Source of the DNA: Candidatus Sumerlaeales bacterium
Lineage (GTDB): Bacteria > Sumerlaeota > Sumerlaeia > Sumerlaeales > Sumerlaeaceae
Assembly: GCA_038243585.1 (NCBI GenBank)
Contig: JBBSQY010000001.1
Location: 96,001-160,000 of the forward strand
DNA length: 64,000 nt
Direction of reading: 5' to 3'
A program made the translations under genes and the position numbers. A model generated the notes under the pieces. It searched no databases. It worked only from the letters and a program-made list of their open reading frames with translations, and was not told the DNA's origin. Below are positions 49,156-58,986 of the stretch, in pieces. Within the stretch, counting starts at the first letter, position 1. Each line of letters opens with the position of its first letter.

Positions 49156-49894
49156 TTCGCCGAAGATGCACGGGCGGCTGCTTCTTTGTCCGGATCTTCA
49201 GGTTCAGCATTTCTACGCCAATCGAAAACGCCATGGCAAAGTACGTATAGCCCTTAGGAACGTGATGTCCAAGACCGTCCGCGATCAGATTAACACCGAT
49301 AAGAATCAGGAACGCCAGGGCCAGCATCTTAACCGTAGGATGCTTCTCCACAAAGTCAGACACCCATTTAGAAAACAGCAACATGAATCCAATAGCGATC
49401 ACAACCGCCGCTATCATCACCCAGAGCTCCTTCGCCATCCCCACCGCGGTAATGACCGAATCAAGAGAAAACACCAGATCAATAACCACGATCTGGGCAA
49501 TCACGCTGGAGAAAGAAGCATGCACCTTTTTAACCTCGTGCTCATCTTCCCCTTCAAGCTTATTATGAATTTCATGAGTAGCTTTTGCAATCAGGAAAAG
49601 TCCACCCAGCAACAAAATCAGATCTTTGCCAGACACCCCATGGCCCATAACCGAAAACCACGGTTTCGTTAAGCCCATAATCCACACAATAGACAGCAAT
49701 AGCAGAACACGCATAACCATGGCCAGCAGCAGACCCACCACTCGCGCCTTATCCCGCTTCTCTTCCGGCAGCCGTCCCGCCAATATCGAAATAAACACAA
49801 TATTGTCAATGCCCAACACAACTTCCAGCAACGTAAGCGTCAGAAGAGCAATCCACGATTCAGGGCTCGACAGCGCCTGTAAAATCTGATCCAT
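49130..49894 (-). CDS. TerC-family membrane protein
   Basis: LEVVLGIDNIVFI, DLVFSLDSVITAVG, HPTVKMLALAFL, PKGYTYFAMAFS. Confidence 0.93.
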   Translation of the reverse strand: MDQILQALSSPESWIALLTLTLLEVVLGIDNIVFISILAGRLPEEKRDKARVVGLLLAMVMRVLLLLSIVWIMGLTKPWFSVMGHGVSGKDLILLLGGLFLIAKATHEIHNKLEGEDEHEVKKVHASFSSVIAQIVVIDLVFSLDSVITAVGMAKELWVMIAAVVIAIGFMLLFSKWVSDFVEKHPTVKMLALAFLILIGVNLIADGLGHHVPKGYTYFAMAFSIGVEMLNLKIRTKKQPPVHLRRNAPEDLAG

Positions 49895-49976
49895 TATTAT
49901 CTGAAACTCCGTGCGTGGTTTAGTTAGTTGACGGCATTAGACTACATAGGGCCAAAATCTTCTGCGAAATATGCTT

Positions 49977-50762
49977 CTATTGCTTTTGCTCTTGTTCGCG
50001 TTTTCGAGTCTTCATGCCAAACTTTACGGCGCCAAATCGCAACATCCACGGCCGAAATACGGCCTCCCCGATAACCCGCGTCCCCATTTTCGACTGGCCC
50101 TCACGTCGCTCCGTATAGATAATTGGCACTTCAACGATCGTCAACCTGCGCAGGTACAAAATATAGAGAACCTCCGCCAGAAACGAATACCCTACGCTAC
50201 GCACCCGATTACAGAGCACAGCCTCCACGGCAGTTCGGTTATATGCCCTGAACCCGCTGGTAATATCCTGCACTGGCATGCCCAGAATTATCTGTAGATA
50301 ACGGTTCGCAAACAGGCTCAGCAACAGACGAGATATCTGCCAGTTAAGTACCCGCACTCCCTGCGCATAACGGGAGCCAATAGCCACATCTGCCCCCCGC
50401 AGCCCCTCAAGCAGTTCAGGGATATCCGCCGGATTATGAGAATAATCCGCATCCAGCGTCACGACCTGGCCGGCTCCCATTTCCAGCGCCAGCTCCAGTC
50501 CGGCCAATATCGCCGTACCATAGCCTAGCTTCCCCGCCCGCACCAGCGCCACCAAGCGATCGTTTCCCTTCATCCACACATCCAGCATAGCCGGAGTTCC
50601 GTCTGGCGAATTATCATCAACAACAATGATTTGCACATCGGGGTTATCCCGCAGCAATTGTGGCAGCAGCTTCTCAAGATTTGGAAGCTCGTTATAGGTC
50701 GCAAGCACGATCGCCGTTTTTATGTGTCCGCTCGGTGGGGTGTTCAAACCCTTGTCCTGCAA
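49977..50762 (-). CDS. GT2 polyprenol monophosphomannose synthase (DPM1-like)
   Basis: TYNE, VDDNSPDGT, LDADYSHNP, GSRY, DITSGFRAY, ERREGQSKM. Confidence 0.9.
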   Translation of the reverse strand: MQDKGLNTPPSGHIKTAIVLATYNELPNLEKLLPQLLRDNPDVQIIVVDDNSPDGTPAMLDVWMKGNDRLVALVRAGKLGYGTAILAGLELALEMGAGQVVTLDADYSHNPADIPELLEGLRGADVAIGSRYAQGVRVLNWQISRLLLSLFANRYLQIILGMPVQDITSGFRAYNRTAVEAVLCNRVRSVGYSFLAEVLYILYLRRLTIVEVPIIYTERREGQSKMGTRVIGEAVFRPWMLRFGAVKFGMKTRKREQEQKQ

Positions 50763-50869
50763 TTAGGCGGCAAATTGTTCATCGCATGAATAGTTCAGTT
50801 CTTGCAGAGTCTGTAGAAATAGTTCACTGGACAAAATACTTCAAACTTGAACAACGTGGAATTAAACTT

Positions 50870-51382
50870 ATGGTAAATCTAAAGCAGTTACGTTCCCTGA
50901 ACGATGTTTTCAGCAACGTCATGAAACAAATTTTTCTCACCCCGGCCAGCAGTGACGAAAATCAAAATGATGTAACCTGGGCCCAGCGCAAGATTCTTTT
51001 GTTAATTGAATCCTGCGGCCCGCAGAAAATGTCCGACATCGCGAAACAGATTTCGGTTACAATGTCCGGAGCCACAGCCGTTGTGGACAAAATGGTCAAA
51101 ACCCGCCTCGTAACCCGGGAATTCGACCCTACTGATCGCCGGGTCGTGCTCATTGCCATGAGTGAAGTCGGCCGCGCCACCATGCTGGAAAGCGTTCGCG
51201 TTCAGGAGCGCTGCTTTGAAGCGGTTTTGGATCGTCTGGCTCCGGAAAAACGTACAGAACTTTTAAAGCATTTTGAGAGAATCCACCAGCTCCTTGAAGA
51301 GATTCAAACCTGCGAGGGTGACATCGGCGCTACGGGCATGGATCATCAAGCCGGCGCGGCGATGTCTAATCGCGGCGTATAA
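50870..51382 (+). CDS. MarR-family transcriptional regulator
   Basis: VTWAQRKIL...MSDIAKQI...ATAVVDKM...DPTDRRVVLIAMSEVG. Confidence 0.9.
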   Translation: MVNLKQLRSLNDVFSNVMKQIFLTPASSDENQNDVTWAQRKILLLIESCGPQKMSDIAKQISVTMSGATAVVDKMVKTRLVTREFDPTDRRVVLIAMSEVGRATMLESVRVQERCFEAVLDRLAPEKRTELLKHFERIHQLLEEIQTCEGDIGATGMDHQAGAAMSNRGV

Positions 51383-51389
51383 CGAACCC

Positions 51390-52640
51390 ATGCATTCGCA
51401 GACGAAAAATGGCGGGATTGATTCCATGAGACTACACAGGTTCACTAAAATACCAGTTCTTTTGGCACTGGCGGCAATGCCGTTATTGGCCGCGTGCGAT
51501 AAAGCCGACGCATCTAAAGCAGCCTTGGGCGAGGCAAAGCCGTCCGTACAGGCAGTTGTAAAAGAAGACGTCGCTACCACAACAGCGGAGCAAATCACCA
51601 TGCCCAAAACGGTCTGGCTAACCGGCTCGCTCGCCGCGGATGAACAAAGCGACGTGGCTGGCAAGCGAACCGGCATTATCGGGAAAGTGATGATTGATCG
51701 TGGTTCAGTCGTTAAACAGGGAGATGACCTGGTCCAACTGGACACCACCGATGCTGTTAACAACCTCGAGGCATCAGAAGCAAAGGCAACGGAACTGCTT
51801 GTCCGTCTGGGACTGAATTCTCCCACCGATAAATTTAATCCCGCAAAACAGCCTGACGTGCAGGCGGCCAAGGCCACGCTTGACCTCACACAAAGTAATT
51901 TTGAACGCGATCAGCAGCTCATTAAATCAAAGGTTATTTCGCCCGGAGAATTTGACCAGACAAGAAACCTCTATAATACAGCCCGGCAAAAGTACGATCT
52001 TGCCGTCGCCCAGGCCAATCAGCTTTACCGACAATATCAGACGGCGCTCACAAGCATAAAGGCGTCGCAACAACAGCTGAAGGACATGACCATAAAAGCG
52101 CCTTTTGATGGTGCCGTCGTAGAGCGACTGGTCTCGCCCGGCGAGGCCCTGGCCACTGGCGCACGAGTGGTAAGCATGGTACGCATCAATCCATTACGAT
52201 TACTGCTCAACGTCCCCGAACAGGAAGTCGGCAAGATGCATGAGGGACAAAAGGTAAATTTTAAAGTAGACGCGTTTCCTGACGGCCGTTTTCAAGGCGT
52301 CATTAAACGCATTAGTCCCGCCCTCGATGCGGAAACCCGCACCCTTATCATCGAGGCGGAAGTGCCAAATGAAGAACGAATCTTGAAACCGGGCCTTTTC
52401 GCCACAGCGCAGGTCGAGCTGGAAGCGGAGCGGCCAGGAGTAAGAGTGCCTGCCAGCGCTGTCCGCCGTCGCAATGATGTTGCTCAGGTTTTTGTGGTGG
52501 ACGAAGGCGTAGCCCGCGCCGCGATGGTGGTAGCAGGAGAACCCAAACGAGGTTTTGTAGAAGTGGTTGAAGGCCTCAAAGGCGGAGAAACCATCGTAAG
52601 CAATGCCGCCGAAGTAGAAGACGGCATCCGTATCCAGTAG
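51390..52640 (+). CDS. RND efflux periplasmic adaptor (MFP), lipoprotein
   Basis: Lipobox LLAAC; IKAPFDGAV, TRTL, LKPGLFA; start 51390 or 51426. Confidence 0.92.
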   Translation: MHSQTKNGGIDSMRLHRFTKIPVLLALAAMPLLAACDKADASKAALGEAKPSVQAVVKEDVATTTAEQITMPKTVWLTGSLAADEQSDVAGKRTGIIGKVMIDRGSVVKQGDDLVQLDTTDAVNNLEASEAKATELLVRLGLNSPTDKFNPAKQPDVQAAKATLDLTQSNFERDQQLIKSKVISPGEFDQTRNLYNTARQKYDLAVAQANQLYRQYQTALTSIKASQQQLKDMTIKAPFDGAVVERLVSPGEALATGARVVSMVRINPLRLLLNVPEQEVGKMHEGQKVNFKVDAFPDGRFQGVIKRISPALDAETRTLIIEAEVPNEERILKPGLFATAQVELEAERPGVRVPASAVRRRNDVAQVFVVDEGVARAAMVVAGEPKRGFVEVVEGLKGGETIVSNAAEVEDGIRIQ

Positions 52641-52740
52641 GATTAAGATGAACACTCGCGCCCGTCCCAATCCCAAACACTTTTCACCAGCAAAACGCCA
52701 AAACGTCTGCGCTATTTTTGCCAGATAAAGGAATTACCCA

Positions 52741-55700
52741 ATGCAAAAACTCGCTGAAATCTGTATCCGCCGACCGGTATTCGCCTCTGTACTCGTGCTA
52801 CTGCTCTGCGTCACTGGCCTGTTCGGCTACTCAAAGCTGGGCATCGACCGCTACCCCGACATCGAACTTCCCTTTGTTACCGTAAGCACCGCGCTCCCGG
52901 GCGCCGCCGTGGAAGAGATGGAGACCGAAGTCACCGACCCCATCGAGGAAGCAATTAACACGGTCAGCGGCATAAAAGAACTGCGCTCCACCAGCATGGA
53001 AGGCGTCAGTCAGATTTTCATCGAGTTTGAACTGGAAAAGGATCCGGACGTAGCCACCCAGGAGGTGCGCGACCGCATCAGCCGCATCCTTACGCAGTTG
53101 CCCGAAGACATTGACGATCCCGTCATTCAGAAAGTTGATCCTGACTCCCGCCCGGTAATAACTATCGCTATAAGCGCGGATCGCCCCCTGCGAGAGATTA
53201 CAGAATACGCAGACAAAACCCTGCGCCGCCGTCTTGAAGGCGCCTACGGCGTGGGCGAAGTTCAGGTAGTCGGTGGCGAAGAACGCCAGGTTAACGTATT
53301 CGTAAAGCCCGAACGTCTCCGCGCCGAAGGCCTGAGTATTACCGACATATCCAACGCGCTCCGGAGAGAAAACGCCCAGTTGCCCGGCGGAACCATCAAA
53401 CGCGGCGCTCAGGAATTTACCGTGCGTACCCTTGGCCGGGTCATTGAAGTGGATGATCTGAAACGCCTGCCCGTCGGACGCAAAGGCGATCGCACCGTCA
53501 CCGTAGCCGACGTCGCCACGGTGGAAGACGGCATCATTGAAAAAAACAGCGTGGCCGAACTCAACGGTGAACCAACCGTTCTTCTGCGCATCCGCAAGCA
53601 ATCGAAAACCAACACCGTCGCAGTGGTTGAAGCCGTAAAAGAGCGCATCTCAGAGATGGAGGCCGACCTGCCCGACGGATACGCCTTCCAGGTGCTGGGC
53701 GACGACTCCGTATTCATCAACGCCTCACTGCATAACGTGCAGGAACATCTTATTGTCGGCAGCGCCCTCGCCGCCCTGGTCGTGCTGATGTTCCTCGCCA
53801 GTTGGAGATCGACATTTATCGCGGCTGTCGCAATCCCTATCAGCGTGGTAAGCACCTTCGGTCTAATGTGGGCCGTGGGCCTCAGCCTCAACGTCGTTAC
53901 GCTGCTCGCCCTGACCCTGTCTGTGGGCATAGTCGTCGACGACGCCATCGTTGTGCTGGAAAATATTTACCGTTTTATAGAAGAGAAAGGTTATGGCCCC
54001 TACGAAGCGGCTGTCCATGCCACCCGCGAAATCGGACTGGCAGTTCTATCTATTACCCTAAGTCTAATCGCTGTGTTTTTGCCCATCGCTTTCATGGACG
54101 GCATAGTCGGCATTTACATGGAATCTTTCGGCGTCACCATGAGCTTCGCCATCGCTGTCAGCTTGTTGGTCAGCTTTACACTGACACCGATGCTCAGCGC
54201 CCGAATGCTGCGCAAGCCGAAACACGACAGCAAGCACACCGGCGAACTGGAAACTGGCAATGATACAAATAATGCCTTGGCCATCTCAGCCCCACCGACC
54301 AAAAAGAAACGCTGGTATCACCGCTTGGCCCCTTACGCTCTGATCGAATCCACGTATATGTGGCTGCTGCGCCTGACCTTGAGACACCGCTGGATCATTG
54401 TCATTGTGTCCTTTGGCGCTCTTGCGTCCATCCCCTGGCTTACTAAAAACGTGAACAAAAACTTTATGCCCCAGGATGACCAGTCAGAATTTGAAATCAG
54501 CATACGCGCTCCCGAAGGCACCAGCCTGGAATCGACCCAGCTTATAGTTCACCGAATCGCCGCAGAGGTGTTTAAGCTCCAGGGCGTCGAATACACAGAA
54601 TCCAGCGCCGGCGGCCGGGATGCATCCAACGAAGGGGAAGTAGATGTGGGTCTCCTCGACGTGGAAGATCGCGCCTTCACGCAGTTCGAATTGATGAAAC
54701 ACGTCCGCGAAAACATTCTCCCGAAATACGAGAAGAAACACAACCTGCGCAGCGCAAAAGTAGGCGAGGGAGGCGGAGGCGGAGGTGGCGGCGGCAGCGC
54801 CATCGAGTACGTGTTTACCGGCCCGGAATTCGACAAGCTTGAACAGTATTCCGCCCAGATCATGGCGAAGCTTAAAGAAGTTCCCGGTGCCGTCGACGTT
54901 GATTCCTCCCTTGTTATCGGGAAACCCCAATATGGTATCACCATCAACAGGCCGAAGGCTGCCGAGCTGGGCGTAAGCGTTACCAACATAGCTCAGACCA
55001 TGCGAATCCTGGTGGCCGGAAACGAAGTCAGCAGCTACAACGAAGGCGGCGAACGCTACGACGTCAACCTGCGCGGATCCCCGGAAATGCGAAATAATCC
55101 GGACCTGCTTTCCCAGGTAACAGTCCCCAGCACCCGCCTCGGGACGGTCCCCATTACCGACGTGATCGATTTCCAACCCGGCACCGGCCCCACCGAAATC
55201 GAACGCCTCAACCGCCGGCGCCAGATCACTGTAAGCGCCGGCGTCGAGCCCGGCTTTTCCCAGCAGAAGGTCATCGACGTCGCCAACGCCGCCGCAAAAG
55301 CCCTGACCCTGGATGCTGGCTACACCACCAGCCTGTCCGGCTCGTCCAAAAATCTCGACGAATCAACCCAGGCTTTCTTCACAGTCTTTATCCTGTCGCT
55401 CGTCTTCATGTACCTGATAATCGCCGCACAGTTTGAAAGCTGGCTGAACCCGTTTATTATCCTGCTCTCACTGCCGCTCACGGTCCCGTTCGCGCTGTTT
55501 GCGGTCTACATCACCAATGAATCCCTGAATATCTTTTCCATGCTCGGCGTCCTCGTGCTGTTCGCAGTGGTTAAGAAAAACGGTATCCTGCAGATCGACC
55601 ATACCAACCAGCTGAGAGGTACCGGAATGGAACGTACCGCCGCCATATTGCAGGCAAATAAGGACAGGCTTCGTCCAATCCTCATGACCACTATCGCCTT

Positions 55701-55953
55701 TGTAGCCGGCATGATTCCCCTCGCGGTATCCACCGGCGTAGGTTCCGCAACAAATCACACCATCGCGACGGTAGTTATCGGGGGCCAGACCCTCTCCCTG
55801 CTACTAACCCTTCTGGCCATTCCCGTAGCCTACTCACTGTTCGACGACGCAGCCACCAGCCGCGTGTGGAAATGGATCAGTGGCAGATTCGGCGCCATGT
55901 TTGGAAACCAGGCAGAAGCCCCCTTAGAAAACCAAACCGCCACAGAAGCCTGA
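52741..55953 (+). CDS. RND efflux permease (AcrB/AcrD/AcrF family)
   Basis: IRRPVFA, GIVVDDAIVVLENI, VSFTLTPML, KKNGIL, RLRPILMTT. Confidence 0.95.
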   Translation: MQKLAEICIRRPVFASVLVLLLCVTGLFGYSKLGIDRYPDIELPFVTVSTALPGAAVEEMETEVTDPIEEAINTVSGIKELRSTSMEGVSQIFIEFELEKDPDVATQEVRDRISRILTQLPEDIDDPVIQKVDPDSRPVITIAISADRPLREITEYADKTLRRRLEGAYGVGEVQVVGGEERQVNVFVKPERLRAEGLSITDISNALRRENAQLPGGTIKRGAQEFTVRTLGRVIEVDDLKRLPVGRKGDRTVTVADVATVEDGIIEKNSVAELNGEPTVLLRIRKQSKTNTVAVVEAVKERISEMEADLPDGYAFQVLGDDSVFINASLHNVQEHLIVGSALAALVVLMFLASWRSTFIAAVAIPISVVSTFGLMWAVGLSLNVVTLLALTLSVGIVVDDAIVVLENIYRFIEEKGYGPYEAAVHATREIGLAVLSITLSLIAVFLPIAFMDGIVGIYMESFGVTMSFAIAVSLLVSFTLTPMLSARMLRKPKHDSKHTGELETGNDTNNALAISAPPTKKKRWYHRLAPYALIESTYMWLLRLTLRHRWIIVIVSFGALASIPWLTKNVNKNFMPQDDQSEFEISIRAPEGTSLESTQLIVHRIAAEVFKLQGVEYTESSAGGRDASNEGEVDVGLLDVEDRAFTQFELMKHVRENILPKYEKKHNLRSAKVGEGGGGGGGGGSAIEYVFTGPEFDKLEQYSAQIMAKLKEVPGAVDVDSSLVIGKPQYGITINRPKAAELGVSVTNIAQTMRILVAGNEVSSYNEGGERYDVNLRGSPEMRNNPDLLSQVTVPSTRLGTVPITDVIDFQPGTGPTEIERLNRRRQITVSAGVEPGFSQQKVIDVANAAAKALTLDAGYTTSLSGSSKNLDESTQAFFTVFILSLVFMYLIIAAQFESWLNPFIILLSLPLTVPFALFAVYITNESLNIFSMLGVLVLFAVVKKNGILQIDHTNQLRGTGMERTAAILQANKDRLRPILMTTIAFVAGMIPLAVSTGVGSATNHTIATVVIGGQTLSLLLTLLAIPVAYSLFDDAATSRVWKWISGRFGAMFGNQAEAPLENQTATEA

Positions 55954-56004
55954 CAGGCATAAACGCCCCGCGCGATCGATCAATGGAGGCAACTGTGCTG
56001 GTAA

Positions 56005-56835
56005 TTATGACTCATTCGGGCTGAACACGACCTTTGAAGAGACAAAATAATGATCACTCGGATAAATCCCATTTTCACTATCACGAATGATCTCCCCCTC
56101 TTTCGGCTCGACGGTTCCACGGAAGAAAATGTAGTCGATTTTAGCGCCTTTGCCCGCCGCCATTTTATCCGCGACTTTAAATCCATGACCGGTGAAGCCA
56201 GGCTCTTCTGTGCCATGCACGGCTTCATAGGTATCCTTCCAACCAGCATCACGGAGGATCCCGTGCTCCCGCGAAGTTCTAAACGAGTTAAAATCGCCAC
56301 AAAGCAATTGCGGAAAATGCGCCTGATATTGACCGGTTTCTTCAGCAATGATTTTGGCCTCTTCGAGGCGGAGAACCTCCTTTAAAGTCCAGTGAGTATT
56401 AAGAACACGGAACTCTTGGCGAGAACTACGATCTTTCAGCCGCACCCACGTCACATGACGCGGCAGCGCATCTCCCGGCAATCGAGTTCCGGCAATATGT
56501 GGAGTAGAAGAAAGCCAATAAGTCCCCGCCGACGTCCGTTCATAACGGTCTCTCGAATACAGGATTACATTCTTAATGGCCTGAAACCGTCGCGGATCCG
56601 TATCAACATAAGGGTCCGCGTATCCGAACGAATCCATTCCCGGAAACGCTTTTTGAAAGTCCAGATTCTGTTGCCGCCCCACTTCCTGCAGGCAAAGAAT
56701 ATCTGGATTCCGAGACTTGATAATCCTCTCGCAGATTTTCCAACGCCCGGCATTCCAGTCAACAGATGTGCCTGAATGCTCCGGCAAATCCAACAGAATG
56801 TTGCAGCTCAATATACAGTGAAAATTCTCAGTCAT
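56005..56835 (-). CDS. Endonuclease/exonuclease/phosphatase (EEP) family protein
   Basis: SCNI, DILCLQE, NTH, GDFN, IDYIF, PSDH. Confidence 0.9.
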   Translation of the reverse strand: MTENFHCILSCNILLDLPEHSGTSVDWNAGRWKICERIIKSRNPDILCLQEVGRQQNLDFQKAFPGMDSFGYADPYVDTDPRRFQAIKNVILYSRDRYERTSAGTYWLSSTPHIAGTRLPGDALPRHVTWVRLKDRSSRQEFRVLNTHWTLKEVLRLEEAKIIAEETGQYQAHFPQLLCGDFNSFRTSREHGILRDAGWKDTYEAVHGTEEPGFTGHGFKVADKMAAGKGAKIDYIFFRGTVEPKEGEIIRDSENGIYPSDHYFVSSKVVFSPNES

Positions 56836-56913
56836 CAGTTTCCTGCTGTTAACGGCAATCCTAAAATTAACCCGGCAACACAGTAATTAATCATACCAAG
56901 CCATCCCCGCCAA

Positions 56914-57030
56914 GAAGTACCATAACCATCCCGCCAGTGTAGCTTTCAACGCCCCAAGAAGTAGCATAGGCGTCCCGTCTGTGTCGCTTTCAACGCCCCA
57001 ATGAAGTAGCATAGGCGTCCCGCCTGTGTA
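56914..57030 (+). repeat. Three tandem ~44-nt units each carrying a family A REP
   Basis: Cores at 56914 (degenerate), 56958 and 57003 joined by an identical linker GCTTTCAACGCCCCAA. Confidence 0.8.
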
Positions 57031-57186
57031 ATCCGCTTACCGCCTATCGCTTACCACACAACCCAAGCAGCCTCTGACCACTTACAATCGGCAATCATTT
57101 CAACGCCCGATATTTTAGACGCATCGGTGCCAATTTGTTGCGACTTAATACTACGTGCATAAACAAGGACCGCATTGCTTGAAGTA

Positions 57187-57936
57187 TCACATCGATTTGT
57201 CCGGTTCCTTAAGCGGCTCCAACGACAAATAAACATTAGAGGTTCGATTTAGACCCAAGTCCGCCACATTCTCAAGCGCTTTCCAACTCTTGCCAATACT
57301 CTCAGTCCCGACGACCAACATTAACTGGGAATCTTTAATCCGATAAGAATGGGAAACCAAAGAATTGTTTAATTGAGTAACAATCGGAGCGTTTTTGTAT
57401 TTATGGCTTACATTCTCCTGCAATTTAGACGCTGTCATTTCAGCTTTCCCCTCAATTTCCCCCTCCAGAGTAGCGAGTTCAGGCTTAACGATTTTTAACA
57501 AGTCATTCCAGGAGTCGGGCGTAATGCCAGGCTTGAAACTTAAGCTGACTAGGCTGGCGTCAGGGTGCGTTAAGGTAAATTTTTCCATAGAACTGCTCAA
57601 AAGAGAAGTAAATGTTTCTACTGAAACGCTCGTCTCAGAATCAGGATGAAACTGCGAAGAAGGCCCAGAAGAAACATACGGTACCACAATCCACCACTTC
57701 TTCTCCTCTTCGGGTGTTCTCGGATCGTTTTCCGGTGAAAACTTGCTAAACCGCACAACAAAGTGTGCATCATTATCACCGAGATTCCAGGCATAATGCT
57801 CACTCTTTTTTTCCAGTTTATAATGCCCTATGTAGGTCTGTCCGAAGCAATAATTTCCGCAATTTAAAATGGCAAAAAGACAAAAAGCCAAACCCAACTC
57901 TAAACCACAAGTTTTTTTCAATCCACCAGTCTCCAT
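57187..57936 (-). CDS. Exported hypothetical protein, AT-rich
   Basis: GGAGG 6 nt before ATG 57936; hydrophobic N-terminal segment ending CFGQ. Confidence 0.7.
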   Translation of the reverse strand: METGGLKKTCGLELGLAFCLFAILNCGNYCFGQTYIGHYKLEKKSEHYAWNLGDNDAHFVVRFSKFSPENDPRTPEEEKKWWIVVPYVSSGPSSQFHPDSETSVSVETFTSLLSSSMEKFTLTHPDASLVSLSFKPGITPDSWNDLLKIVKPELATLEGEIEGKAEMTASKLQENVSHKYKNAPIVTQLNNSLVSHSYRIKDSQLMLVVGTESIGKSWKALENVADLGLNRTSNVYLSLEPLKEPDKSM

Positions 57937-57948
57937 GCCCATCCTCCA

Positions 57949-58110
57949 CTATTCAGGTAATTTGGGAACCAATCTTTGTACCCTTTCTTTAACTACACCT
58001 ATATGGCCAGGGGCACCCACGATAATCCTGCTAACCATTATTTCAACCTGCCCGGGCTCACGTCGCCGAAGCCAACCGTTACCGCTGGCGCTGGAAGGCA
58101 CGATAGTTCT
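57949..58110 (-). pseudogene. Possible orphan 3' gene fragment (53 codons, ...GAPGHIGVVKERVQRLVPKLPE*)
   Basis: Short open frame whose TAG abuts the RBS of the next gene; no convincing start or RBS. Confidence 0.3.
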
Positions 58111-58187
58111 TTAAATAGCTCATTAAGCACCTGCGCGTAAAAGCTTCTACGGCACCTCAGAAAACGCACTGAATACCTAACAATAGG

Positions 58188-58973
58188 CTATAGCAGTGTT
58201 AATACCAGCCAACCGCTTATCGTCTTGACCTCTTCTGGATGAACTATATGGAGTTGCAAATTATCACCTGAATATATGGGTCGTATTTGAAAGGCTCGGC
58301 CCATACCATTCCGTTTTGCCAGCAACAATATCTCGTAAATAAGATCTCGAACCGAATGACCTTTTTTGTCGACCCAAATCACCTTGTCTCCTAAGCGTTT
58401 AACAACACCGTCTAGTATGTCTGCTTGCAAACCATAATTCTTTTCTAAAAGTGTTATTGCCTCCGAAACTGAATATGGGTGAATTTCTTTCGGCATGAGG
58501 ACTTTATTTAGAGCCCAATCACTGGAATTAAATATAGACGAATTGTCTCTTAGCGAAACTATACTACCTTCATAACTTAGTATCAAGTTATTCGAAGTCT
58601 TTTTTAGTTCATTTCCAAATGCAAAAATTGTTCTAGCATTTGATAAAGGACTGGAAATCGATTTCGAATATGCAACCGAATTCCACTTAAAGGTAGAACC
58701 ACTCCCCTTGGAATTAGTAGTGATCTGATCGCCTTCTCCAGAGATGCTTGTTACATAAAATCTCTCTTGGAATCCCTCATAAATAACTAGAAGAGTCGTC
58801 GTTAATCTGTCATTTTTGTCGGTATCTGTGTCAGGGGTTCTAAAGGTTTTTAAAAGATGCCTGGACACTTCACTTGCCGACACCTTATTAGCGATATTAG
58901 TGTCTTTAGCAGATGCATTTTGTCCGTATAATATAGCGCCCGACACAAGTATAAGTATCATTATTTTATGCAT
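58188..58973 (-). CDS. Exported hypothetical protein, AT-rich, possible STN/secretin-N0-like C-terminal domain
   Basis: AAGGA RBS; signal peptide ending NASA; SVSEAITLLEKNYG...SVRDLIYEIL. Confidence 0.75.
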   Translation of the reverse strand: MHKIMILILVSGAILYGQNASAKDTNIANKVSASEVSRHLLKTFRTPDTDTDKNDRLTTTLLVIYEGFQERFYVTSISGEGDQITTNSKGSGSTFKWNSVAYSKSISSPLSNARTIFAFGNELKKTSNNLILSYEGSIVSLRDNSSIFNSSDWALNKVLMPKEIHPYSVSEAITLLEKNYGLQADILDGVVKRLGDKVIWVDKKGHSVRDLIYEILLLAKRNGMGRAFQIRPIYSGDNLQLHIVHPEEVKTISGWLVLTLL

Positions 58974-58986
58974 ATAAATTCCTTAA

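Noticed and set aside
49895..49976. yybP-ykoY (Mn) riboswitch upstream of terC
   Set aside because: Only about 80 nt is available and the conserved core cannot be assembled
38500..56000. C-over-G skew on the plus strand suggesting a replication terminus in the window
   Set aside because: Could not show an opposite skew in the left half by eye and found no dif-like site; needs a cumulative skew calculation
56914..57030. Possible mini CRISPR array
   Set aside because: Linkers are identical and only about 16-17 nt, the repeat is the dispersed REP, and there are no cas genes
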